A stretch of 64,000 nt of DNA from Blasia pusilla (lineage: Eukaryota). This document shows, one piece after another, positions 1 through 11,327 of this stretch; positions within the stretch are counted from its first letter, which is position 1; each line of letters begins with the position of its first letter. The stretch spans positions 1,054,001-1,118,000 of the forward strand of contig CM114271.1 of assembly GCA_050084515.1 (NCBI GenBank), given 5' to 3'. A program made the position numbers and the translations under genes. The notes under the pieces were generated by a model. That model saw only the letters and a list, made by a program, of their open reading frames with translations, did not search any database and was not told the DNA's origin.

Positions 1-9
1 AACATACTA

Positions 10-189
10 CTAGTTGGTGCTCGTGCGATGCACGAATGTATAATCTTGATTGATCCATCCTAAGTGTACAATTGAATTAGAGTGATCCATTTGGCTTAGA
101 AAATGAGCAATTCTATTGCCTAAAAAAGACATGTGTCAAGAGGAGAAGTGATCTCAAAATGAATATGCGCTCTCCAACAATAATATAGA
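10..189 (-). mobile_element. Non-autonomous Helitron, about 180 bp
   Basis: On the minus strand it starts A|TCTATATTATTG (189 downward) and ends CTAG|T (13-10|9), the A/T insertion site typical of Helitrons. A hairpin TCGTGC-gat-GCACGA (21-35) lies 7 nt before the CTAG. Confidence 0.75.
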
Positions 190-288
190 TTGAAAGTTGC
201 AATTCATATTGTTGAGGTTGGTAGTAGCAACGGAAAATGGGGTACTTAGGGAGGTAACCCTCTTAGGCTTATGGTGAAATCTCGCAAA

Positions 289-478
289 CCAATGAAAGAA
301 GAGTCCTCTTCTTTTTCACCATGCAAAATTTAGGTCACATTGAAATGCCGCAACCCAATGAATGATGACCCCTCTTGTTTGTCGCCATAGAAATTTTGAC
401 ACGAAGTTTATTGTAAGACCAAAAATCACAACCCAATGAAAGAGGAATCCTCTTTTTGTCACCATAAAGAATTTGACG
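289..478. repeat. Degenerate tandem repeat, three units of about 65-78 bp
   Basis: CCAATGAA...CCTCTT...T(C/G)T..CCAT.(A/G)AA.TTT recurs at about 289, 355 and 433. Confidence 0.6.
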
Positions 479-1466
479 TGACATTTTTTCATTTAAAAAA
501 ACAAATTAAATAGGTTATTTGATTTTAAAGAAAAAAAATAAGATTGTTTTCCCACATGATTTTATGCCACGTGCCTCACTTTCTATGTGATCGGAATAGG
601 CCTATTAATAAATGTAATAATAAAAGTTCGGATTTCGAGGCTCACTGGTCTCTTGCTAAGGTCCCTTTGACGTTCACCGAAGCTGTAAGACGTCCCACAG
701 CGCGCCGCTCCCGTCCGTTCGTCCGTTCGTCCGTCCGTCCGTCGTCGCAGCGAGTGGCCATAGATAGCGTCGCGACTGCAGTCCGTCGTCGTACAGTGGG
801 CGTCCGTTCGAAGTCGGGCCGTTCTCCCGAGCGTAGGGATGCCACCGAGTCAGGACAGATTCCGGAGGCTCGGAATAGGCTTGGGGAGCGTGCTTGGCTT
901 GGGCTTGGTCTCGGCGGTTTGTCTTGCCACGTGGAGAGGATTTGAAGTCATAGTTTCTCAGCTGTCAGCTACGGCAGAGCCTCGGAAGGCTCGGTTCAGG
1001 TCTGGGATAGTGGAGGCAGATGTGGTGCGTTATGAACTTGTTGTGCTGCGGACCGGAGAGTGGGGAACTCCCGCACTAGTGTGATTTTCGGGTCCGGTTT
1101 CGCGGATGATGATCTGTTTGAAGGGCAATACGAGGCCCGAGGAGTGGGACGGCGCCGAGGGGAGAGCGAGCTTTCACCTGTCATAAACGGAGCAAGCGGC
1201 GATGGAGAGTGAGAGAAGGAATGAGCTCAGTGGCGATCACAAATTGCGACGCGCGTACATTTTAAGGCAGAGTCGCTGAGCGGTGATGGAAAATTGCGAC
1301 AGGACTTTAACGTCGAAGTTGCTGATCGGCGATCTCGAATTGCGGCAGAGTTGCCATATGCCTTCGAGACTCGAGGAGCAGGAGGGTGAGTGACACAGCG
1401 GACTGCAGAAATATGTCTTTGTGTTGTACTCTGGGAAGAGACTGTACTCATAAAGTAGTGTTTGTC

Positions 1467-1469
<3 letters not shown>

Positions 1470-1500
<31 letters not shown>

Positions 1501-1589
1501 CGCTGATCGGCGATGTCGAATTGCGATAGGGTGACTCGAGGAGCAAGAGGGTGAGTGACGAAGTTGATTGCAGAATCGTCTTTAAGTGT

Positions 1590-1625
<36 letters not shown>
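1470..1625. repeat. Two (GA)n microsatellites directly upstream of the MLO ATG (GAGA-type elements)
   Basis: (GA)n runs at 1470-1498 and 1592-1625; the second abuts the start codon. Confidence 0.9.
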
Positions 1626-1629
<4 letters not shown>

Positions 1630-4600
1630 GAGATATCGTGAAGTAGAGGATGATCTCTCGTTAAGGCACACACCTACATGGGTAGTCGCGGGAGTATGTA
1701 TCGTCTTCATATCTATTTCACTCCTCGCTGAACGGGGCATTCACCATCTCGGCAATGTGAGGGAATTCTAGCAACCGTGTGCTAATTATTAAAGCTGAAG
1801 ACTTCATTACGGCTTCCATATTTTTCAAACTGTGCATGATGAGAATCCTGGATCATAAAATGGCTTTCGCATTTCCAGTTAACAATTTTACCTGTCGAAA
1901 TGCGTCGTTGCAGTGGCTTTTGAAGAAGAAGAAGAAGCCCCTTTACGAAGCGCTACAGAAGATGAAAGAAGGTGTGTCATTATTTCACGATGGAATTCTT
2001 ATCTTGAATTGTTTTTGCGAGCTCCAGGGACATCAGGAACATCAGCTAGAGTTCGCAGTACCGTGCCGGTAGCACGGATTCAGAAGCAGGCTAAGATATA
2101 CAAGACTTACTGTTGGATGTCACACAAATTTGATATCACCGTAATCTGGACTGCACGATTTGTCATTTCGCCGCTCCTCGAGTCCCTAGCGCACGAAATT
2201 TCGGCTGGATGAATGTCGCTCCTGTTTTGGGCAAGGCTTAGCCACGAAATGTGTAGCGGATGTTAAATCGTGCGGTCGAGTTAAGGTTGAATTTGTGAAA
2301 ACATCGATGAATCGTAAGTATCGGTTGGGTTGCAGCTAGCACTCGTCGTACCGACGTAGCCAGGGGAGTAGATACTGAATGCTGTTTCCAGAAGAGTCGG
2401 ATTTCCTCCAATTTCAAGAGAGTCCCGTTTAATTCGTCCTATAGAGTCTACACATTCCAGTGCCGCTGGAAGAGCGAGAGAAAAACCCTCACACAAATAT
2501 CCTTCGCGTCCGAGGCGTCTTGGACTTCGGACAAATCTGTATCTGAACGCTACTATCAAACAGATAGTAGTAGTAAGCTTTAATGGCCGATTGGCGTTTG
2601 TCTCGTTGTTCTGGAGCCGATTTATCAGGAAGCCGCTACTCCGGTACCTCCAAAGCGATTTGCGCTGGGGAAGTGCCGCTTATTTTCAGCGCAGTGACTG
2701 CAAAATGTGAAGCCGATGATGTCTTTGTCCATGATGCTTGTAGAGTTGTTGATGCTGCTCGGCTTCACGTCGTTTCTTTCCACTATTTCATAGCAACATA
2801 TGTCTGAAAGCTACCATGAATATACATCAAGTTATATCAAGGTAACAGGCGCCATTTCTGATCCCTCCAGAAAGATTTGCGCTGGGGAACTGCAGCTTAT
2901 ATTTCCAGCTGTGAATTGGAAATGTGAAGCTGATGATGTCTCTATCCATGATGCTCGGAGAGTTGCTGCTGTTCGGCTTCATATCGTTTCTTGCTCAATA
3001 TTTCCTGTCAACATTTGTCACACGATAACATATACCTGAACGCTACAACGACATAGCTATGGAGGCTCGATTTCTAATCCCCTCCAGAGCGATTTGCGCT
3101 GGGGACTAAGTGTCGCTCATTTTTTGAGGCAGTGACTAACTGCGAAATGCAAACCTGACACGATGTTTCTGGGGAAGTGCATCTCATTTTTTGAGGCAGT
3201 GACGCACTGCGAAGTGCAAATCTGACACGATGTTTCTGAGGCAGTGCCGCTCACTTTTTGTGGCAGTGACGCACTGCGAAATGCAAAGCTGACACGATGT
3301 TTCTGTTGGTGGTGCTGTGCTTGTAGAGCTCATGCTGCTCGGCTTCATATCGTTCTTGCTCACCATTTCCCAGCAACCCGTGTCCAACATCTGCATGCCA
3401 AAGTCTTGGGCGCGCCACCTGACGCCGTGCAATTACCCGAGCAGATCTGACTCGGGGGACGCATCGCCGGCGGAGGCCCCTCCTAGTACTCTTCAAGACA
3501 ACCGGAACCGGAAGCTCCTGTGGGTGGTGGCGAGCCAGAATGGCTTGACGCCGGCGAGTCTCGTCGGTTTCAAGTCGCCGGCTGCCGATCCTCACCGGCG
3601 CTGGAGCCCGCGCCGACTATTGGCAGCCGGCGCGGGGTTCCGATGCCCACCGGTAACTACTTCGAAATGAAATTATTGCGAAATACTTTTATTTTTTTTT
3701 TAAATGGTAATGCTTATATTAGAAAAAAAAAATTCTCTCCGTGATTAATCATGTTGCGCTATTCACTAGATGAACGGATTAATCTTTCTTTTTTCTAGTT
3801 GCTCTTAAAGGGGAAAATGTTTTCTTGGTGTGCAAAATAGAAAATATTTTCTTGATGCTTGGTTGTTAATTGTCGACCAAAGACGTGATTTCAAATTAAG
3901 AAGGCCCTTGCCATGATAATACAAACTAATAGGATGTCCATGTGATGCAGGAAAAATAAAAAAATATTTGAAGAGTTTTTGTTAGTATACAATTCATGAA
4001 GAGAAAATATTAATGATGATGCACATAAATTCAATTTTTTTTCTTATTGTTCGAAATATGTAAAATATTTTCTTGTTGTCCAATTGCCACTTGTCAAACC
4101 TTTATAAATCAAGAAGACATTCTCCCATAATAATATAGATTACATAAGAGAAATTTTTTTATTTTGCAAACTCCGGATATTTGCAATTAATAGCATTGTT
4201 CACCTTTTGAGTTAATGGGATGATTTGATTGAGAGTTAATTATGAGAGGTAATTCAAATTCTTGCATCATGCGTTGACAATAGTCTAACCCATTCACATA
4301 TCTTTTGCAAGTATTTGATACTTATTTGTCTTGTTTGAATTATTTTCTTGTTTTATGGTGGATTATTATATGAGCTTTTCAAATCGAAAAACTATTCTCT
4401 TTTAATAGTAACATTTATTAAGAATAGACATGAAAATACCAAGCAAAGGAAGTTTATTATAGCATGGAGAGCAAGAAAGTATATATTGGCTTTCTAGATA
4501 ACATGATTATAGGCACATGTGGTTTGGGAGAGTGTAGATTTGTCGTCTTTTTCATGACCTATCACAACAATCAATTCATTGGAAAAGGACCAAGGCATTC

Positions 4601-6285
4601 CCAAGGTAACATGTGTAGTCCTTGTATCTTTGAAGGTACTAAGATCTAAGACGGAATGTCTAGCATAACTTAAAATCTTAAAACCATGGATATGTCCCAT
4701 ATTATTGTGAGCCTTGGAAACCATAATGTGAGAATGCAAAGACCTTGATTTGAATTATTTTCTTCATTGATGTACATTTTACAAACTAAATGTAAAAATT
4801 TAGGAGGATACAAAAAGTGGTGCTAGAAGAGGTATAGTTAAGGCAACAATAGTATTGTAATTGAATTGGACCGTGTTGTAACACGCACAATTAATCATGC
4901 AAGTATTAACTAAGCTATGGGGATGGATATCATGCAGGGAAAAGTGCTAGCGATGTCTCCAGAAAGTCTTCATCAACTCCATATGTTCATCTTTGTGATG
5001 GCTGTAGTGCATGTGTTCTACAGTGCTATAACAATGCTCCTTGGATTAACTCAGGTATGAATAATAATTCGTCAAAAAACACTTCATAGTTTACTTATCT
5101 CCAAGATAAGCTTAATATTTTTCCATTATTTTCACTCAAACTTAGCGGAACCTTAAAACCATAGGGCCCAATTTATTTTCTTATAATTTTTTATTAAAAA
5201 AATTTCATCCACTTAGAAAAAAATTGTAATATTTAATCCTGTCAAGCATATTACTTTTCTAGGTGCTAATGAATATTTTGAATAGGATAGCTAAGGACGG
5301 AGCATGTTTTAAATTTTTTTTATTAGTTTATCCTAAAACTTGCACGATATGCTCTTTGTCCAAGGGCTATGAATTTATCCCAAATTGTATATCTAAAGAG
5401 GAATCGTATTGGTCTAGGGATACCATAGAGGTTGGCTCTCTTCATCTAATATTCATTCCTTTGTTGTAAGTTTATGAAAATTATTATGTTAGGTTCACAT
5501 GAAAGTTTAGAGTGCGACTACCAATATTGAAAAAAAATTACATAATAGATGTTCGAATGTAGAAATGAATTCGATCCATTTCCTTCACCTACAGTTAACC
5601 AAGTGGTTATAATTCTTTGTGTTTTGACACTCTTATTAACTATGAGAATTGATTTGAATTTTGATTCTTAGTTTAAAATCTAACTTAATTCTTAAAACAT
5701 CATTGGCCCTTTTTACACTCAAGCATTTAATTTACTCATAGTGTTGTGGTGATCCTTTGATCTTCCCCATCTAGAAGTTAAAAACTAGTATGGCATTGAA
5801 TTGCAGGTGAGAAGTTGGAAGAAGTGGGAGGATATGATTCGTGAGAACAACCATGGCTTCACATGTGGTGGGAGTTTCTCTCTTATTTTATTGATCATTA
5901 AGGAATTTGAAATTGATCATTTGAAAACTAAATGGGATTTTCTCTTTTATTCTCAGGTACTATTGTTGATTTCATGAAATGTTAGTACTATTGGTTTATT
6001 TGATTCTCATATACTAGTTATAAACTGATTAGATCGGTGTGAGTCTATTCACCTATAGTTGTAGTCTACCATAAATATAAGAGTAAGAAGATCTCGAGAG
6101 AAATTTTTGCGTATGTGTCTTTTATTAAAAATCAGATCACATCCTTTCTCACAATTTTGATTGATCTAATTTTAGGTTTTTTTAATATTATTACTACATT
6201 GTTATCTTCCTATGTTCTAATTAGAAAATTTTGAAATAGATTGTTTTAAGGATTGCCATCATGAATCCAAACTTTAGTATCGATT

Positions 6286-6360
<75 letters not shown>

Positions 6361-9300
6361 TTATGAAGTCATTCGCTTGGTATGAGCCTATTCAATCACA
6401 CTTGTCGCTATATAGAAATGTGAGAATAATATGATTTTGCGGAAGATCTTTCTATAAGTGAACGGTTGATTAGGAATAAACTTTGAGCCTTTTCTCAAAA
6501 GTAATTATGGTTCTAAGTATGAGTGGAATTTAAATTCTGTTTTTTACGCAGGATGGGTTGAGAAACTAGCAAGACAAAGCACATTTGTGACTTCTCGAAC
6601 TAGCAATCCGATTTCTTCAGGAGCAATTGGTAGTTGGGTGGTAAGTTGCTTCTTCTTATGTGAATCATTTGAACTGGAATATTGATGTTGCGAGCTAAAT
6701 ACAGTATTGAAGATATATGATATATATGCTTATTTAAAAGTGGATAATATTCGTATAAAATAGGAAAGATGAAATCTTTAGCAATTGACTATTATATGTA
6801 TTCAGGTTAGTTTCTTTCGTCAATTCCGTGAAGCTGTGACAAAGTCTGATTACCTCTATCTTCGTATGGGATTTATTAAGGTATGTTTTTGGTTGATTAA
6901 TTTGCCTCTTGTTATCTCTTGGAGAATATTCCATATGTAATGATATGATGTATTGAAATATAAAAATCTATAAAGAGTGGTTTTCTTTTAAATATATATG
7001 AAATATTTAGCATCACAGCGTGTTGAGCAAGAAAAAATAAATTATTATGAGGGTTGAGATTGAGAAGAAACAAGATGTCTTTTGACTCTCATTTGAAATT
7101 TGTAACTCTAATTTGATTTTTTTTCCCATAAGATTCAATGTAGTGATCTTGAAGAGTCATGTTTATTGGACAAAGATTTTTTTTAACCATTACAATGAAA
7201 AAAAATCACGTTTTGATTATAAGATGTAAATAATGTCATTTCTACTTGTAATTCATGAGTTTAGAATATAGTAGCTTTGGGCAAAACTTGGTAATTAGAG
7301 GTGAAAATTAGGAGATGATTATCATCAATGAATGACTTTTAGTTGAATTTAAATCTTTAAGCGCATGCCAAAATAACGCTTCAATTTTCTACTTGACCTT
7401 GTGTCAATGATAGAACCACAATGCACCAGCCACTTTCAATTTCCATAAATATATGATGCGATCTTTGGAGGATGATTTCAAGATGGTTGTTGGAATCAGG
7501 TATCACAATCAATCACTCATTGTGTATAAGTGGAAATTTTGGTTGGACGTGATCCCACTTTGTTCTTTGTTTATCATTTCTTGTCATTTTATTGATGAAC
7601 GAGTGAATATTATAGATTATAATCTATACTATTCATTAAGGAAAATATGTTAACTTTCCAATTTATTTACTTAGTTGAAAAATGCCTTTCTCCCAAAAAA
7701 TTGATTTAAGGAAAATTTATTTGAATCCTTGGAAAAGGATTGGATTGCTTCTTATATTAAAATTTTGACATAGATTTCCAAACTTTGTTTTCCATGGACA
7801 GTGGCTACTTGTGGGTCTTCGTGATCATTTTCATGGTTCTTAATGTACATGGTACGTATGTCTTTCCTATACCTAGGTATCAAGTAGCCTACTTTATTTA
7901 AGATCAATTCAGCTTATTCAATATGATTCTTATTAGGACAATAAAAATTAAGAAGTTAGCAATAAACATAAGTATGTTGAACTACTCTTTTTTTGAGACC
8001 CTCTGTTCTCTTTTAAGAAAAATGTCATTTGTGAACAAATTATTGATGATAATTTTTTTAATCCTACAGCGATTCTTTGAATATTTTAGTAATGGAAATA
8101 TGACTTATTTTAATAATTATTTATACTAAATATAGATAGCTTATTTTTTCTTAATTTGGGAAAAAAATTTTAATCCAATTTAGCTTGCCAACAAGGCTAA
8201 CAATCATTTGTGGCTATCTTATGGAGTTGAATTTGTGAAATCATCAAAGATAAGTATTCCTCTTGACATATGCAGATGGTGAACATATATATCAATGGAG
8301 GTGCTAGAGAGAAAACATTCAATAATTTACAGATAAAAAAATAATGTTATAAACAATATGGTATTCCTTCGGAGTTTAATACGAAGTGAATTTTCATAAT
8401 ACATTATTTTATGTTTGAATATGTTACCTAATTAACACAATACTTCATGCTTGATTGTGTGATTTTCCTACACTTCATGAATCCGATTGACCCACTGTAA
8501 TTGAGACTAATATGAGATAATCGAGCTTCATATTTTTATATCCTTGAATCGTTGTTCTCTTTGTTGTGTAGGTTGGTATGCATATTTTTGGATGTCTTTC
8601 CTACCAATTATTGTAAGACTTACGTATCCACAATTTTCTTAAGTCAAGCATGATTTTGACTCCTTTCAATTTCTAGTTAAAATATCTCAAGAAAATTCTA
8701 CAATGCATTATTGAAGTGTTTAATATTTAGGTTTAGTATACATTGAAATTTATAAGATGCTACTAAATGTAGAAATAGAAAGCTTATTATGACGGTTATG
8801 ATGTGCAGATTAATATGGTTATTGGGACAAAATTACAACATATCATCTCACAACTTGCACATGAAGTTGCAAATTCTAGTAGTTTCACTAGAGTGCCAAT
8901 CAAGCCACGTGATACACTCTTTTGGTTCAATCGACCGCATCTTCTTCTCTACTTGATCCACTTTGTATTTTTTCAGGTAAATTTCTTTAATAAAATATGA
9001 ACTAGATGTACTTATTCTAATAAAATACATATTTATTTTCTCTCAAATAAAGAAAGAAAAATGAAGTAAAAAATGGATATTTAGTAGTAGTTTTGGCATA
9101 AAGGATTATAATGATTAAATAATGAGAGAGGTCTTATGTCATACGAATATCTCTCATTTACTCCCTCTTTAGTCTTTATAGGAAGAAGATAATCTTTACA
9201 ATTTTTTGCCTCTTGGGATTATATACTATCTCCACAAAGATAAAATCCTACATGATGTCAGTTCGTATTTCCAAAGTTAAGATGCGACACTTCCAAAAAA

Positions 9301-11327
9301 CATTTAATGTTGGATGGTTGAAGACTTGTGAAGAGATTGGGAAAATAGGGAAGAGAATAAACGATCTTTGATATATTCAAAGATCTATCATAGGGTTAGT
9401 TCTAGCCTATGTGAATGATTAATACATGTCAATATCTTAACTAAGACTAAAGAAAGGTTTCTAGGGAAATATTTAGGATATTAAGAAACATAATAATGAA
9501 ATATTTTTCTCAATGTAATATTAATATATTTCTATGTTTAACTTAAGGGAGAAGGAAAAATTTTAATACCAAAATAAAAATGAGAAAAGACTTTTTTTTA
9601 TCTTAAGATTTCAAATTGAGCATCCTTGCTAATAGATCCTTCGTTTCTTATAAATCTTACAAAAATTACTTATTTTAGAGATGAGTAATAATAGTCCTTT
9701 ACAAAAAGGAAAAAAAAAACATAGGATCATTAACAATTAGCCTTAAGTACCTACTAATCAAGAGCTAGCTTTTGGAAAGTCTCATGATCTTGAGATTGAT
9801 GGATTCGAACATTTTTTGAGTATTAGTTGAAACTATTTGATCAGAAGTTGAGTTTTCTAATATGAAATTTCAAGCAATATTAGACTGCTTATGTTGGTTT
9901 TTTAATTTATAAATAAGGAAAATTGCACTCTATTGATCATAGAGGAGACTTGGTATGCACATTGTGCATTTAATTCATTAACAAATGAATAATCCGTATC
10001 TTTTAATGCAGAATGCTTTTGAGCTTGGATTTTGCATATGGTTGGTGGTAAGTTGTAGCCATTCCTCATCCTTATCTTTTTTCATTTTATGGTGGACTCA
10101 AATGATTTTGGACAAGTTAGTCTTATGCTAACATATTTTAGGCTTTCACTTTCTCCCAAAAATCTAAGTTTTGAAATCCTATTCTACCAAATATTCCCTT
10201 AGTTAACTTAGGTACAAAGAACTATCTTAATTCAGGGCCCATGTGCTTCTTAGTCATTCCTAAGTTGTTGTAACTAGAAAATTATTTTAATCAAGCTAGT
10301 TTTATTTTTCCTTTTGTAACATTTCCGTATTTGTACTGGTGTAGTTGACATTTGGAATCCATTCATGTCTTTTGGATGATCACGGATTCATTGCCATTCG
10401 TATTATTATGGGGTATGGTGTACATTCTTGTCCCCTTTACCTTCAAAAATTAAATATATTATATTTTTGGTTTTTTTCTCAATAGAGGATGTGGTAGTAG
10501 CTAGTGAGAACCTAATTTCGCTAGTTTGGAGCTAATACACTTGCAACATGAAGGAATCCTTGATATAAGTCTTAGAAATTTTCTTTCGTGAAATGGACCA
10601 AGAAAGACTTATGATTTTTTATTTTGTGTTTGCAGAGTGCTTGCACAATTTTTGTGTAGCTATAGCACACTTCCACTATATGCCTTAGTCACTCAGGTGC
10701 GGAGTTCATTCTTGGTCTTTTTTATATAAGCCCTAGTGTTTCATAATGAAGCTTTGAATTCATGTAAGTTGGAGAAGGTAGCATTCTCTTACATATTTGT
10801 GACGTTGTCCTCTTGTACAGATGGGTTCTAGCTACAAGAAAGCCATATTTGATGATCCCGTGAAGAATGCTATTTATGGTTGGCAAAACAAAGCCAAAGC
10901 AAATGTAAAAAAGCGACAAAGAAAAGGGTTTGAACAAATGACAAGTGGTTGTAGTCCGAGGATTGATCCAATGCAGACGAATAAATCAACGAAAAAAAAT
11001 TGTGAGGATCAAGAAGGGAAGTTGCATATACCTGAAGACTTCAAAGAGATAGAGAATCTCCATGAAAGCTCTAACATTGGACCCACTTCCAAACGAACAC
11101 GAACAAACCAACTCGAGCTATTCAACCTACGAAGCAATGACGGTGAGATCGAACCAGCAACTGAGATGATGGAGAAAAATTTGTTGTTATCTTCACAAGA
11201 ATCAAATATTGATACAACTGTTGGAGTATCTCAAATCCCATTGACTACACCCAATGAAGGAGTAGTACTATTGAGAAATCCAACATATCTTGAAGAGGTA
11301 ACTAATGAAATCAACCAAGCAAAGTAG
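1625..11327 (+). CDS. MLO: MLO-family seven-transmembrane calmodulin-binding protein, 15 exons, 624 aa
   Basis: Exons 1625-1756, 1914-1971, 3327-3652, 4938-5054, 5807-5867, 6552-6640, 6806-6880, 7414-7499, 7802-7851, 8572-8612, 8809-8976, 10012-10047, 10345-10412, 10636-10696, 10821-11327. All introns are GT-AG and the exons sum to 1875 nt. MLO motifs: [94 protein letters not shown], followed by the CaM-binding AIF..W.NKAK segment. Confidence 0.96.
6288..6357. repeat. (AT)n microsatellite in MLO intron 5
   Basis: About 35 uninterrupted AT units. Confidence 0.95.

Noticed and set aside
544..1184. Overlapping GC-rich ORFs upstream of MLO
   Set aside because: Low-complexity (CCGT)n-derived Arg/Ser text with no recognisable domain; more likely promoter or UTR sequence.
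2530..3305. CRISPR-like repeat-spacer appearance
   Set aside because: Eukaryotic intron with degenerate tandem units lacking unique spacers, and no cas genes.
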